64,000 nt of DNA from the IMG/VR virus record IMGVR_UViG_3300027985_001318, positions 62,001 through 126,000 of that record; one strand, written 5' to 3'. The notes below the pieces were generated by a model, which saw nothing but the letters and a program-made list of their open reading frames with translations, ran no database searches and was not told the origin of the DNA. The stretch's first letter is position 1. Every line of letters begins with the position of its first letter. The position numbers and the translations under genes are program-made. Below are positions 48,990 to 59,842 of the stretch, one piece after another.

Positions 48990-48995
48990 TCTGAA

Positions 48996-50417
48996 ATGTC
49001 GCAACTAAGTCGCGAGTACCAACTTGACGGCGAGATGACTTTCGATTATAGTGCTGAATCGCTGGGACAGGAAGTCAAAGACGAAGACGCCCAGTTGCGT
49101 GAATTGGAGGCTGTAGCGGCCTCCATTCAAAATCAGCGTATTGAAATCGAAGCCCAAGGCAAGGTCTCTCGCCAGGACGCGATGGCTCTGGAATCTTTGG
49201 TTCCCAATAGCCTACCCGATCGTTATCGCCCGAATAGCTTTACGATGCAACCCACAGCAACTAACCTCAAGGTTATGTTGGAATCTAATGACCAAGCTCA
49301 GCGAGGAGTTGTTGCTCGTTTCTTCGTTACCGCCTGGTCTCTGTTGGTCAAAATCGGTAAATGGATCTTAGGGTTGTTTCGTAGTAGCAAGAATCTCGAT
49401 AATGACTCGGGTACTGCTACCGCCCAAGCACTCACGGTTTCCAAGATCGTTGCCGATCTCGGCTCCAAAAACATTCTGCTTGCCAACACCAGCGTACAAC
49501 AACTCCTGGAAGAAGCTTTCGTCGACAAGTTAGCCCCTCAACTGTCTCTGCTTAACGTTTACCTTTACGATCCTAATCGCGGTACCGAAGAGCTTACGTC
49601 TTATTGCAACTTCGTCGATGAAGTAAGCGAAGCGATCATTGGCCGGACGCTGGGTTACAAAGGCGTGTTGGATGATGCAGATAAATATCTCGACATAGTA
49701 GATACTACGTTGCGTCACAGTAGCGGAGCTGGGGTCAAAGAGCCAGCGTTGTTGTTCCGCGTAGCGGCTGCTTACAAGAACCTGATGTCTTCAGGTCATC
49801 GTCCGAGTAGTGCTCGTTTTAATGAACGCTTATCTAAAGCAGTAGCGGGTACTGTAGCCCAAGTAAATGTTCAGTCTGCTGAGTATCTGGCCGAGCGTGA
49901 CGGTGCTTATAACACCTTAGCTTATCTGGTTCGCACTGGCTACGAAGACGATCAATCAGTTCGTCCCTCAATGCTCGAGCTCCAGAACTGGCTGAACCCC
50001 GAATACGTTCTGCGACTGGAAAGTTTCTGTCGGCGAGGAATGGTTATCCTCCGCGTGGATCCCGCCTACGATAAAAAGTTAGATGGGCTGGTAAAGCGCC
50101 TGGAAGGCTTTAAGAACCAAAGCTTGAAGTCAATGGATAATCTTGACGATGAAGGTGTAGAAGCGTTCAGAAAGGCTCTCAGGGCCACTCAGAACGACTT
50201 CATGGTTCTCTCCAAGATCATTGGGCTGTTGCGTGAGCAACAAGAACGCAATATCCGACTGATGTCCACGATAGAGCGTGGGATGAACAAAGTAATCACC
50301 GATATCTACAAGCTGGTTCCTAAAGAACAAGCCTCTGAGGTAAAGGCGGTTGTGGAAGCTCATCGTAAAGCGCATGCCGATCTGGTTAAACGCATGACCG
50401 ATAAAGGCTATGTTTGA
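48996..50417 (+). CDS. internal head protein (gp86-like)
   Basis: G.VSR.D..ALE, SFT..P...N..V.LE; acidic propeptide. Confidence 0.65.
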   Translation: MSQLSREYQLDGEMTFDYSAESLGQEVKDEDAQLRELEAVAASIQNQRIEIEAQGKVSRQDAMALESLVPNSLPDRYRPNSFTMQPTATNLKVMLESNDQAQRGVVARFFVTAWSLLVKIGKWILGLFRSSKNLDNDSGTATAQALTVSKIVADLGSKNILLANTSVQQLLEEAFVDKLAPQLSLLNVYLYDPNRGTEELTSYCNFVDEVSEAIIGRTLGYKGVLDDADKYLDIVDTTLRHSSGAGVKEPALLFRVAAAYKNLMSSGHRPSSARFNERLSKAVAGTVAQVNVQSAEYLAERDGAYNTLAYLVRTGYEDDQSVRPSMLELQNWLNPEYVLRLESFCRRGMVILRVDPAYDKKLDGLVKRLEGFKNQSLKSMDNLDDEGVEAFRKALRATQNDFMVLSKIIGLLREQQERNIRLMSTIERGMNKVITDIYKLVPKEQASEVKAVVEAHRKAHADLVKRMTDKGYV

Positions 50418-50426
50418 GAAGCCAAC

Positions 50427-50457
50427 AAAAGAGAGGGCGCGAGCCCTCTCTTTTTTA
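50427..50457. terminator. bidirectional terminator
   Basis: GAGAGGGC-GCGA-GCCCTCTC. Confidence 0.8.
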
Positions 50458-50458
50458 G

Positions 50459-53359
50459 CTAACTTCCATGTTTTACAAATGTTACGTCGATGTCGTCTTC
50501 GATCTGCAAAGTACTGTTCGGGTTAACCTTAAGTACTCGCTTCACGCTACAGTAGGAACTGTCGTCGTACAAAGTGAAGTTGGTAAGAACCTCATCGTCG
50601 CCAGTCATTGTGATATCTACAGGTACGCGATCAGCACCCAAAGCATCACGAATGGTCTCGTTGATTTCTGAAACACTTACGTTCGTACCAGAAACCAAAT
50701 CGTTAATGATCCGTTTAGCAGTGGACTTAAGCGTAGACTGCACAGAGCTGTTAGCGTAACTGCTGGGCGGCAGATAAAACTTCACGGCAAAGCTGAGGTT
50801 GGCCGGAATATAAGTCTCGCTCTTATCGTCGATCAGTACTTTGGTTTGTCCCAAAGTCTTTCTCGGATAGTAGTAGAGATGAGTTTCTTCCAGCAGACTC
50901 TTCGAGATATCCGCAATATCGCCTTCCAAGTAATTGATCAACTGTCTGGCAACCGTTTTCAGATAACGAACATCTGTCGGGTGGGTGGTGAAATGGAATA
51001 CACCTTCCAGGAAGAAAATTTCCAGTTCACAGTTCAAACTACGCTCGGAGATAACAACAGGTTCCCCGTTATCGTATTTTATCTCCCCTTTCAGATGTGC
51101 GTAGACCGGATCCCCGTTAGCGTTGAGTACCGGACTATCTTTCTCGTGAAGAACAACCATCTGAGGGTTGTTCTCTTCGTCCAGTACGATTTTCGGGAAG
51201 CCCGTCACTGAGTCCAGCTCATACTCGGTTTTCGCCCAGAGCAAAGGGATGTCTTCTTCATAACGCAGATAATCCTCCTCGCCAACCAACGGACGACAGT
51301 TAGTCCAGAGATTGCTCAACGCACTACCGAACTTGATCCCGATCTCTTCCTTAACTACCGGAATAACGTCAGTAGGAAGACCCCAGTTATTGATCTCACT
51401 GTCCAAATCGGTTATGGCCAGAGTCGCCAGGCTGTAACCAGATACCAAGTGGTAAATGTTAAACTTACCATTCAACAGAGAACTGAATTCGCTGGGGTCG
51501 TTCTCGAAGATATGGAAACTAGTTAGCTCAAGGCCGTCGCTGTCCGAAACGTTGTAGTTGGTGGTGATATCAAAAGACCATACTCGTTCTTCATCGGATT
51601 TGCCATACAGTACGCCGTTCATGAACGCCGTAGTGTCCTCACCGATGGGCTGGAAAGCCAACTGACAATGTACCTGATCATCGGACAAACCCTGATAGCT
51701 AGGACCAGATTTGGTGACAATCAGTAACCGATAACCATCGTCTGTTTTCTCGATCGAATAACTATCGGTGGCGACCTCCATTTCAGCGGTATCGTTCTCG
51801 TAAACGAAATGACGAGAAACGATTTCTGGGTCGTCGAGATGGTAACCGCGCAGTTCCAAACGACTATCGCTACGATCAACTACGTAGTAGAAAGGCGTGA
51901 ACATGTACGAGTTACTATTCACTTCATTGGCTAGCTGTTCCTCAGACATTGCTCCGAGTTCAGCAAGTTCAGCCAACCCTACCAGTTCAGTAACCCCATT
52001 TTCAAATTTGAACAAGGTTTCAGGACGAATTGTCACAGAACTTACATTGTCTGCAACGGTAGGGTACTTAGCGAGCTCTTCGATACTGGTGATCAAAGAT
52101 TCAATGGTACAGTTTGCTCCAGCGTTCAGAGTCGTGCCGGTATAGTTAGGCAGACTACGAGTAGCCAGGAAAATACGACTACCTAAGTTATCCACCTGAG
52201 AAACAAAACCATAACCCATATCTTCCAAGGAAGACTCCAGACTAACTGGAGTTACTGGTAGGGAAGTTTTAGTGGCTCCGGTAATTACCCGCTTACGAAG
52301 TTGTTTGAAGGTAATAGGATCGCTACCGCCTTCGCAAGACCCGTCGGAAAAAACCAACAGATAATGCAGTTTTGACAACGGCGTAATATAGCGCATGTTA
52401 TCCGTGTTGTCATAATCTTCCCAAAACTTCTGGTAGACTTCAGGAGCGTAGTCTGACAGCATCATCGATATCTCGCCTTGCGTGGTGTAGATATCAACCC
52501 GGAGCTGGCCGGTGGCTAGGCCGTTATTGATGTAAATCTGGGGAATGGTTACCGACAACTTGTCGTCATCCAGCTCTAACGTAACGGTCAGTGTGTCTTC
52601 ATCAAAAGTCTGATCGCTGTGGGTTGTCAGACATTCGTTCCAAGTTACGCCATCGTTGGACTGATATGCTCGGCAGTACCAGAACTTGTCAGTCAAAGTG
52701 TAAGTCTTGTTAAAACCGGCCAGATTGGTGATCAAGTTAACGTCGGTAGCCAGAGCGAATTGGTTCAGGGTGAAATCGATAATAATCAGATCTTCGCCCG
52801 TGTTGCTAGAACGCTCGGTCCAAGTAACAAAGTTAGAGGTCATTTGTTGCAAAGGATGTTGAACGTCAACATCCCAAACAATCTGCAACCCGCCGTGCGT
52901 CATCACCCGAATTTCCATCGGGTACAGGAAAGAGAACGTAGTACCGGCGATTTCGATACGACTGTTTTTCGGAATGACGATTTTCTTAACCCCAGTGTCG
53001 TCCACCTGAACTGCGTTATTCTTTATCTCGTCCTTTGAGAATACCAAAGTGAAAGGAGCTACCCCGGGCGTACCGAATCTTCCCAGATAGTCAATATCGG
53101 ACATATGCCGATAAAGCTCTTTGTTGTTAGTCGCCAGCTCCGGATAGATAGAGCGCTGAATTGCTTCATGTTTGTTGATTTCCGCAACGGCCAGAATGAT
53201 GTCGCTTTCTAGCCCAGCGATGAAGGGGTTGCTAGCAGTCACTATGTCGTACTTACCGTCCAGAGCGTCATCGATAGCGTTAAGCATAACGCGCATAACG
53301 CGACTGGGGTCATTCTGAACTGCCGAGATAAGATCGGCAGTATCTTGAATTGAAGGCAT
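50459..53359 (-). CDS. baseplate wedge protein (gp87-like, T4 gp6/J-like)
   Basis: NPF...LE, LYRHMSD.DY, IPQIY, YTTQG, GG.D..TF..LR.RVI. Confidence 0.72.
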   Translation of the reverse strand: MPSIQDTADLISAVQNDPSRVMRVMLNAIDDALDGKYDIVTASNPFIAGLESDIILAVAEINKHEAIQRSIYPELATNNKELYRHMSDIDYLGRFGTPGVAPFTLVFSKDEIKNNAVQVDDTGVKKIVIPKNSRIEIAGTTFSFLYPMEIRVMTHGGLQIVWDVDVQHPLQQMTSNFVTWTERSSNTGEDLIIIDFTLNQFALATDVNLITNLAGFNKTYTLTDKFWYCRAYQSNDGVTWNECLTTHSDQTFDEDTLTVTLELDDDKLSVTIPQIYINNGLATGQLRVDIYTTQGEISMMLSDYAPEVYQKFWEDYDNTDNMRYITPLSKLHYLLVFSDGSCEGGSDPITFKQLRKRVITGATKTSLPVTPVSLESSLEDMGYGFVSQVDNLGSRIFLATRSLPNYTGTTLNAGANCTIESLITSIEELAKYPTVADNVSSVTIRPETLFKFENGVTELVGLAELAELGAMSEEQLANEVNSNSYMFTPFYYVVDRSDSRLELRGYHLDDPEIVSRHFVYENDTAEMEVATDSYSIEKTDDGYRLLIVTKSGPSYQGLSDDQVHCQLAFQPIGEDTTAFMNGVLYGKSDEERVWSFDITTNYNVSDSDGLELTSFHIFENDPSEFSSLLNGKFNIYHLVSGYSLATLAITDLDSEINNWGLPTDVIPVVKEEIGIKFGSALSNLWTNCRPLVGEEDYLRYEEDIPLLWAKTEYELDSVTGFPKIVLDEENNPQMVVLHEKDSPVLNANGDPVYAHLKGEIKYDNGEPVVISERSLNCELEIFFLEGVFHFTTHPTDVRYLKTVARQLINYLEGDIADISKSLLEETHLYYYPRKTLGQTKVLIDDKSETYIPANLSFAVKFYLPPSSYANSSVQSTLKSTAKRIINDLVSGTNVSVSEINETIRDALGADRVPVDITMTGDDEVLTNFTLYDDSSYCSVKRVLKVNPNSTLQIEDDIDVTFVKHGS

Positions 53360-53374
53360 CTCTCTTACTCCTTA

Positions 53375-54517
53375 TTACACTACGATAGTGCTGCCGTTAT
53401 AGCCGGCCATGTAATTGCTGGATAGCGTCTGACCAACAGAACCGCCGTTGCGACTATTGGTAAACTGACTATAAAGATCTTTCGGTACCCACCACTCCAG
53501 AGCATGTCCAGGCGTTTCCCCGTCGCTCGGGTTTACGTTGATCCACGGAAAAGCCAGGAAATTAAAGTACATCAGTTCATCTTTAGACAACTTAGTAAAA
53601 TAACGTTCCCGAGTGGAATCACCAAGTTCCGGGTTAAAGTACATTTCCTGACACCAGTTAAATTCATGTAGTAGTATCGGATCCATATACTCGCAGCCGT
53701 GGCAACGGAATGTTACAGTGATCTGATCGTTTTCGCTAGCACGAATGGTATTGACATCATAGTTGAACGCAGATCCGATATTTATACTGATCGGATAAGC
53801 TATGGTTCTAGCAATCTTCTGGACATGGGTCATATCCCGGTTAGTAACCAACCGATAGATAGCTGTTGCGAAATCCATCTCGTCTTCAATGATGGCATCT
53901 GGATGGGGAAAAATAGCTCCCTCGTAATTAAGCCCATAGTACTCCCGCCAAGCTAGTATCAGACCAGTAAGCGGATCACCGTCTATGTTGCGGAAGTTAC
54001 AGGTGATGTCAAAGGTATTGTAAAGCTTTACTGGACCATCCGGCAGGCTGTATTCTTCCTGATATAAACCAGGGTTAGAAGTCCAGCAAGAACTGACGAT
54101 ATCCGGGAACCCAGATACGTTGAGCAGCAAGTTGCTCAGTAGCGGCATAAAGGCCTGACGCGGGTCAATTAGAGGACAATTACGTCTTCCTGGCTTCTTT
54201 GCACTTACCGGATCAAGCAAATCTCTGATATAAGCCTGATAGCTTAACCGCTTATCGGTCATCAACGGAGTAAGTACCCGTGACGCTGCCAGGTTATCGT
54301 ATGACAAATTACATCTTGGTCTGGTGAACAAAGTTATCCCACCGTGATCATTATTGTGGGGCAACATAGTGCCGAAACCACGGGCGTTGATGCCAGCCAG
54401 GATATCTGCGTGAACACCCCTGGCGGTGCCAAGTCCTGATTCGCGAGACAGAATATCGAGCCATTTGGCTACGACAGCATCTGTGTACGAATTGGCATAA
54501 GTTACATCATTTGGCAT
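53375..54517 (-). CDS. baseplate/tube-initiator-like virion protein (gp88-like)
   Basis: FTRP.CNLSYDN, SGFPD, FRNI.GDP; synteny. Confidence 0.65.
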   Translation of the reverse strand: MPNDVTYANSYTDAVVAKWLDILSRESGLGTARGVHADILAGINARGFGTMLPHNNDHGGITLFTRPRCNLSYDNLAASRVLTPLMTDKRLSYQAYIRDLLDPVSAKKPGRRNCPLIDPRQAFMPLLSNLLLNVSGFPDIVSSCWTSNPGLYQEEYSLPDGPVKLYNTFDITCNFRNIDGDPLTGLILAWREYYGLNYEGAIFPHPDAIIEDEMDFATAIYRLVTNRDMTHVQKIARTIAYPISINIGSAFNYDVNTIRASENDQITVTFRCHGCEYMDPILLHEFNWCQEMYFNPELGDSTRERYFTKLSKDELMYFNFLAFPWINVNPSDGETPGHALEWWVPKDLYSQFTNSRNGGSVGQTLSSNYMAGYNGSTIVV

Positions 54518-54547
54518 GATATCTCTCCTAAATAAGGAAGGAAAAAG

Positions 54548-55798
54548 ATGGGCGCAATTAAAGACACCTTCGAAGTCGGAGGTACGTTGATGGAAGAGGT
54601 ATACAATCGCGGTAAAGCGGTTGCTGGACCTACTTCTCTTTCTGAATACACGCGGATGGCGCGGGTTTGTCCTCGAGTCCTGGTTGAAGACGGACTTCGC
54701 GGTTTGCCTTATATCAGCGAACTTCTACATACCAGTTGCAATATCTTTGCTGGCTATTACCTGACAGCCGTCAGTATGATGGCTGACATCAATGGCGTTA
54801 GCGTACTGGAGCGTCTGGAACGACTGAATCCGGATCGCGACCCGGTTCGTTACGTTAAAGCTAAATTTGGTAAAACCAGCTTTGGGGTAGAAGACTACGG
54901 TGACGGTTCCCTTAACCTGGAGTCATTTGCCACCGGTCTCCCGACAGCTGCCAAAATCAAACGGCAGATCAATCTCGAACCTATGACCTGGGACCCGACT
55001 CGTCAACGTTACGTTAAAGCTTCTTCCATTAATACTCTTTCTACTGAAGCTAATGACGACAAAACCGCTCAAATTGGCGGCAAGGGCGACGATAAGAAAG
55101 AAGGCCGTACTATCGAGGTCGGTAACCGCGCTCGTGACGCTATTGTTAGCGTTAGCGAAACCAACAACATGGGCGTAGGTAAAATCCTGGAAGTATCTCT
55201 CACCAATCGTGGTGAGACCATCTCCATCCCAGTAACTATCACTTTGGCGGTTAGTACCACCGACAGTGAAAGTATGTCTCATATTTTAGGCTTGTGGAAT
55301 CGCAACTATAAGCTGAAAGAGCGTTGGCATGGCATGCGCTCTGGTGAACTCAAGTTCTGGAGCGAATTCGTTTTCATGCAAGACATCATCGCTAACCAGA
55401 GACGTTCTGTCATGCGCGACAAGTCCGGCTATCTGGCTACCATGATGGCTCAGTCTACCAAGAATGCTGCCGCTGCTGCCATCTCTGGTACGGCTTCTGT
55501 TGCCACGGCCTCCAGTACGATCATGGTGTCGCAAGAAACAGCCCAGCAGATTCAACTGGCCGGTGCGTTCAGTTTCGACGATTACCGCGCTCGTCAACGA
55601 GTGTTCGAAACCACGTTCTCCATGCTCCTGTTCATCGTCGACAGCGAGTGGGAAATGGTTAAGATCTACCACCGCGGTATCGAACAACCGACCAGATTGA
55701 CCATCAAGGAACTGAAGTCCTCCAGTAAGGGCAACGGTCCGGATATCGCTGAAATCCTCAAAGCCTATCAGCTCGGTCGCGCGCCTGGCGTAGTGTAA
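54548..55798 (+). CDS. head/inner-body protein (gp89-like)
   Basis: SLSEYT..ARV.P, VGKILEV, ER.H..RSG, GPDI.EILKAY. Confidence 0.7.
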   Translation: MGAIKDTFEVGGTLMEEVYNRGKAVAGPTSLSEYTRMARVCPRVLVEDGLRGLPYISELLHTSCNIFAGYYLTAVSMMADINGVSVLERLERLNPDRDPVRYVKAKFGKTSFGVEDYGDGSLNLESFATGLPTAAKIKRQINLEPMTWDPTRQRYVKASSINTLSTEANDDKTAQIGGKGDDKKEGRTIEVGNRARDAIVSVSETNNMGVGKILEVSLTNRGETISIPVTITLAVSTTDSESMSHILGLWNRNYKLKERWHGMRSGELKFWSEFVFMQDIIANQRRSVMRDKSGYLATMMAQSTKNAAAAAISGTASVATASSTIMVSQETAQQIQLAGAFSFDDYRARQRVFETTFSMLLFIVDSEWEMVKIYHRGIEQPTRLTIKELKSSSKGNGPDIAEILKAYQLGRAPGVV

Positions 55799-55809
55799 GG
55801 GAGAGTTAA

Positions 55810-56712
55810 ATGAACATTTTTGATTTTGCGCGTTCCCTTCTGCCCAATCTGGAGCGCAACCGTGTAGCTGACGAGATCGCCACCCTGATCAAGATCGAGG
55901 AAAACTCGCTGATCGGTGCCTGGGAACTCGTCGGTAAAGAACTGAAGGGCAAGTTCCAGGCAGAAGAGATCTCCGGTATCGAGAAACTGTTGCAGGCGGC
56001 ACTTAAGGGCGTCCAGCGCGGCAGTCTCACCGAGATCCTGGAAAAGGCCAACGTCAACGCTGTTGAAGTTCTGAAGTTCCTGGAGGGTGCAGTAAATGAT
56101 TCTTTCGGTGATACTATTTCTCGTGAAGGTATCGACTACCGCAAGGCCACTGTACTGCAATATATCGAGGTAATGCGGCAGTTTATCGTTTTCCAACGCG
56201 GTTTCGTTCGTTTCGTAACCGTCTCTGAAACGAAAGCCCGTTTCCCCTCTACCGAATCCTTGGAAGAAGTCTTCTCTCCTGGCGAGTTGCGGGAAATGCG
56301 TTCCGGGGTTCAGGGTTTCATTGAACTCACAGTCCTGGCTCTCAAAAAGACCGCTGACATCGAAGCGGCTATTGCCGAGATCCCGGAAGTGGTTGTTGAC
56401 ACCAACGCTAGCGATAACCGTGCAGTGTCTCGCGTGATGGGTGCTGATCGGATCGATCCGTTCAACATGCGCGGTTTCTTCCAGAAATGGAACCCGATCT
56501 TCTGGATCCAGATGCGCTGGGCCGCACACCAAGTCGACATGTATAACGCCGCCCTGGAAGACCGCAAGGCTCTGGAGCAACGCCTGTTGAGCCTTCGGGA
56601 AATCCAGCGCAACGATCCCAATCCCCAACGCCAGAAAGTTATCGAGTATCATGAACAACGCCTGGCTCGCTTGGTAAGCAAGATCAAGGAAACGGAGCAA
56701 AAGTATGGCTAA
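55810..56712 (+). CDS. head protein (gp90-like)
   Basis: SLLP...R, DPF...F, NPIF, C-terminal coiled coil. Confidence 0.7.
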   Translation: MNIFDFARSLLPNLERNRVADEIATLIKIEENSLIGAWELVGKELKGKFQAEEISGIEKLLQAALKGVQRGSLTEILEKANVNAVEVLKFLEGAVNDSFGDTISREGIDYRKATVLQYIEVMRQFIVFQRGFVRFVTVSETKARFPSTESLEEVFSPGELREMRSGVQGFIELTVLALKKTADIEAAIAEIPEVVVDTNASDNRAVSRVMGADRIDPFNMRGFFQKWNPIFWIQMRWAAHQVDMYNAALEDRKALEQRLLSLREIQRNDPNPQRQKVIEYHEQRLARLVSKIKETEQKYG

Positions 56713-57229
56713 GTACTCGTATTACCCTAACGGGTTTCGAGCCTACGTAGCAATGTCTGCCGCTTCGCAAGTTGGGGCTGACTTACAAGTAGTCTCGCTA
56801 ATGGACCGTTTTATGAATCAACCTGCGGTTCGTAACTCCTGGTCTTTCAAGAAAGAGATCGTTGAAACGGCCATACGGTTGTTCGGTAACGATATCTGGG
56901 CTTGGTTTGAAGCTCAGCAAAACAACCCCATGCTTTGTCAAGAAAGTTACGCTTTCCTGGAAGACTGTATTGACTTCATCCAAAAGGGTAAGCGCGATTT
57001 CTCGATTTACAGCAGGACTAGCTGTTTCAGAACCGATCGCAACGTACGGCCCGGCGATTCCGACGCTGTACTAATCTCTCGTAAACGACTCAAGCCGTTG
57101 GTTAGCCAGACACTTCGTCAAGAGACACGTCCCTTGCAAGCCTGGCTACTGCCCAAAGATGGCTGGATCGATTTGCTCTGTTCCATCTACACCCTGTTCG
57201 GACCTACTGGTCCTACACCCAAACCGTAA
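56705..57229 (+). CDS. virion protein (gp91-like)
   Basis: YPNGF, FL.D...FI..GKR; synteny. Confidence 0.6.
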   Translation: MAKYSYYPNGFRAYVAMSAASQVGADLQVVSLMDRFMNQPAVRNSWSFKKEIVETAIRLFGNDIWAWFEAQQNNPMLCQESYAFLEDCIDFIQKGKRDFSIYSRTSCFRTDRNVRPGDSDAVLISRKRLKPLVSQTLRQETRPLQAWLLPKDGWIDLLCSIYTLFGPTGPTPKP

Positions 57230-57240
57230 GGAATACAAAG

Positions 57241-58428
57241 ATGAGTCTCATGCAAACCATGTTGAGCCGCGAAGGGCTCGAAGCCGATGTAGCCGCCAAT
57301 GGTACTCCCGTCGAAGTCAGCGAAGACACCTTGGCTGTAGTTGAAGCTTCCGATGCTCAAGAAGACGTCCTGGTTGAAGACATCGCAGCGGTTGACGCCG
57401 CCAACGAAGAAGCAACCGAGGTCGAAGAAGCAGTCGAGGATATCGGCGACGCCGTCGAGTCTCTCGAAGCTATCATGATCCGCATCTCTCAAGCTACCGC
57501 CGACGGCAGTAAGCTGACCCCGCGTGAACTGGGCTTTATCAGCAATGAAGCTCACGCCATTTACGCCGGTCTGAATCTGGCTCCCATTCCCGTAGTGGCT
57601 ACCGAATCTGTCGATGCCGACAACAATGCCGTATTGGCCATGGAAGGCATTGGCGATACCCTGTCCCGTCTGCTGGAAGGCTTCAAGGCTTCTCTGGGTC
57701 GTATCGGCTCCGCCATCAGTAAGTTCTGGACCAATACCTTCACCGCCTACGGTCGGATTCGCACCCGTGCCGAGAAACTGAAGGCCAAGCTCCAAGCTCT
57801 GCCCGGCGACACTGGCGGTGAAATCACTGCCAGCAAAGCCTTCGAAGGCTTTGAAAAACTCGGCGGTAAGTTCCTGAGCTCTTCCAAGACCATCGTGGTT
57901 GACTACCAAAACGCCCTGCTCGCTTACATCAAGAAAGGCTGCGAGGGCGACGCTCCTTCTCTGCAATCCGCCAAGGGCGCTCTGAAGGGTCTGCCCCATC
58001 AGCCGACCGTCGTTCGCGTCATGAACAAGTACGACCTGTTCGAGTACGACAAGGGTGCCGAAGGTAAGGGCGAGATCAAGGTTGGCGGTAAATCCGCTCT
58101 GATCAAAGCCATGGACGACGTGATCGCCCTCTGTGACCTGGTGCAACGTTCCCGCATGGGTTGGATGAAGATCACTACCACCATCAATGAACTGCTGGTC
58201 AAGTTCGTCAAGGCTACGTCGGCCTCCCACATCGGCGGTAAGAAATGGGCCATTGGCTTCAATGGCGTCGGTGAAGAAATGCAATTGACCAAGAAGATGT
58301 CCGATATTCGGATCATGCTCGGCGCTGCATTGCGCGCTCCGCGTGATTTCATCTCCTATGAACTGAGCACCGTGAACACCATGCTGGGCCTGACTGCTCG
58401 CGCAGTTAAGAGCGCTCCGGCCGCCTAA
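57241..58428 (+). CDS. internal head protein, gp93-family paralog
   Basis: Acidic propeptide; ATE and AME-G cleavage-type sites; strong codon bias. Confidence 0.72.
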   Translation: MSLMQTMLSREGLEADVAANGTPVEVSEDTLAVVEASDAQEDVLVEDIAAVDAANEEATEVEEAVEDIGDAVESLEAIMIRISQATADGSKLTPRELGFISNEAHAIYAGLNLAPIPVVATESVDADNNAVLAMEGIGDTLSRLLEGFKASLGRIGSAISKFWTNTFTAYGRIRTRAEKLKAKLQALPGDTGGEITASKAFEGFEKLGGKFLSSSKTIVVDYQNALLAYIKKGCEGDAPSLQSAKGALKGLPHQPTVVRVMNKYDLFEYDKGAEGKGEIKVGGKSALIKAMDDVIALCDLVQRSRMGWMKITTTINELLVKFVKATSASHIGGKKWAIGFNGVGEEMQLTKKMSDIRIMLGAALRAPRDFISYELSTVNTMLGLTARAVKSAPAA

Positions 58429-58551
58429 TCGAAAGCAGTTCTTGGCTAGTTATATGACGCGGTGTAGTGCCGCGTCAAATTTCTTTGCAAAGAAATTCTG
58501 TTTTTAATTATGGGACGCATTGGCGTCACTAACTCACCAAGGATTTTCATC

Positions 58552-59775
58552 ATGTCTGATTTTCTGAAAAATGCACTGCGCGGCGCTGGCCTGGCTATGG
58601 AAGACGCCGAAGTCGATACCGATGTCGAAGTACCGGTTGAAGACACCCCGATCGAAGAAGTCATCGAAGCTTCTGACGTCGAAGCCGATCCCGTTGAAGA
58701 AGGTTGCGATGAAGCCGAAGCAGCTGCTGAAGAAGCCGAAGAAGCTGCCGAAGGCATCGAAACCTCCGAAGAAGTCGTTGAAGCTCTGGAAAGCATCTAC
58801 AGCTCCATGGAAAGCGCCATGGCCGACGGCGGTCTGACCGCCCGCGAGGCCGGTTTCGCTCAAGCCGCTATTGCTGCGCAACTGAAGCGTCTGCGCGTCG
58901 CCGCTCCGGTGATCATGTCCAGCGAATCCTTCCTGTCCACCGAAGACCGTGTTGGTAATACCACCCTGGCCATGGAAGGCGTGAAGGAACTGGGCAAGAA
59001 GATCGTTGAAGCCATCCGCGCCGCACTGAAGGCTCTCCGTGATGCCGCCAAGAACTTCTGGTTGAAGATCACTGACACTGCCGGTCGTCTGGAAAAGCGT
59101 GCTACCGAAGTCGGTAACCTGCTGGCCGGTAAGGAAGGCGAAGCCGTTTACGGCGAGTTCTTCAAAGACCATCGCAACCTGACCAAGCTGGGCCAGTGGC
59201 TGTCCGGCGGCACCAAGCGCAAGGACTGGGACAAGCAAGCCATCTCCGTGGTCAAGGCTACTCACGCCGTCATGAGCTGGACCAAGACCGTACGTACCGG
59301 CCTGGAACAGATGACCGAAGGCAAGGAGTTCGTGTTCCCCGAGCTGGATACCAAGGCTTTCACTGATCTGCCCTGCGGTGCCAAGCTGGTCAAGACCGGT
59401 ACTGACAGCTTCTCCTACAAGCTGGAAGTTACCAAGACCCGCGAAGGCGCCAGCGAAACCTACGACCTGCCCCCCAAGGCTGTTCTGGTTACCCTGATGC
59501 GTCAAGTGGCCGAAGCCGCCAAGCAGCTGTCCGTTTACCGCAAGGACTGGCAGACCACCGATGCCGCCATCGAAGGCGCACTGAAGAAGCTGGAAGCCAA
59601 GGGCGACAACGCCGTTCAGAAGGAAATCCAGTCCAAGTTCACCAAGGCCGCACGCAGTGCTCTGACCCTGCCGCAGTCCTGGGGTGGCTTCGCGCTGCGT
59701 GCCCTGAGTGGCTACGTAAGCCTGGCTTCCCTGGTAGCCAAGCACTGGGATAAGCTGACCGGCGAGAAAAAGTAA
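58552..59775 (+). CDS. internal head protein, gp93-family paralog
   Basis: ATG 58552 after AAGGA; E/A-rich propeptide, GGL, SSESF, LAME-G. Confidence 0.75.
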   Translation: MSDFLKNALRGAGLAMEDAEVDTDVEVPVEDTPIEEVIEASDVEADPVEEGCDEAEAAAEEAEEAAEGIETSEEVVEALESIYSSMESAMADGGLTAREAGFAQAAIAAQLKRLRVAAPVIMSSESFLSTEDRVGNTTLAMEGVKELGKKIVEAIRAALKALRDAAKNFWLKITDTAGRLEKRATEVGNLLAGKEGEAVYGEFFKDHRNLTKLGQWLSGGTKRKDWDKQAISVVKATHAVMSWTKTVRTGLEQMTEGKEFVFPELDTKAFTDLPCGAKLVKTGTDSFSYKLEVTKTREGASETYDLPPKAVLVTLMRQVAEAAKQLSVYRKDWQTTDAAIEGALKKLEAKGDNAVQKEIQSKFTKAARSALTLPQSWGGFALRALSGYVSLASLVAKHWDKLTGEKK

Positions 59776-59789
59776 CCCGTCAAGCTCCC

Positions 59790-59823
59790 TAAAAAGAAGG
59801 AGGGGAAACCCTCCTTTCTTTTC
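59790..59823 (+). terminator. intrinsic terminator
   Basis: AGGAGGG-GAAA-CCCTCCT plus T tract. Confidence 0.8.
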
Positions 59824-59842
59824 AGCCAAACTCGGAGGACAT

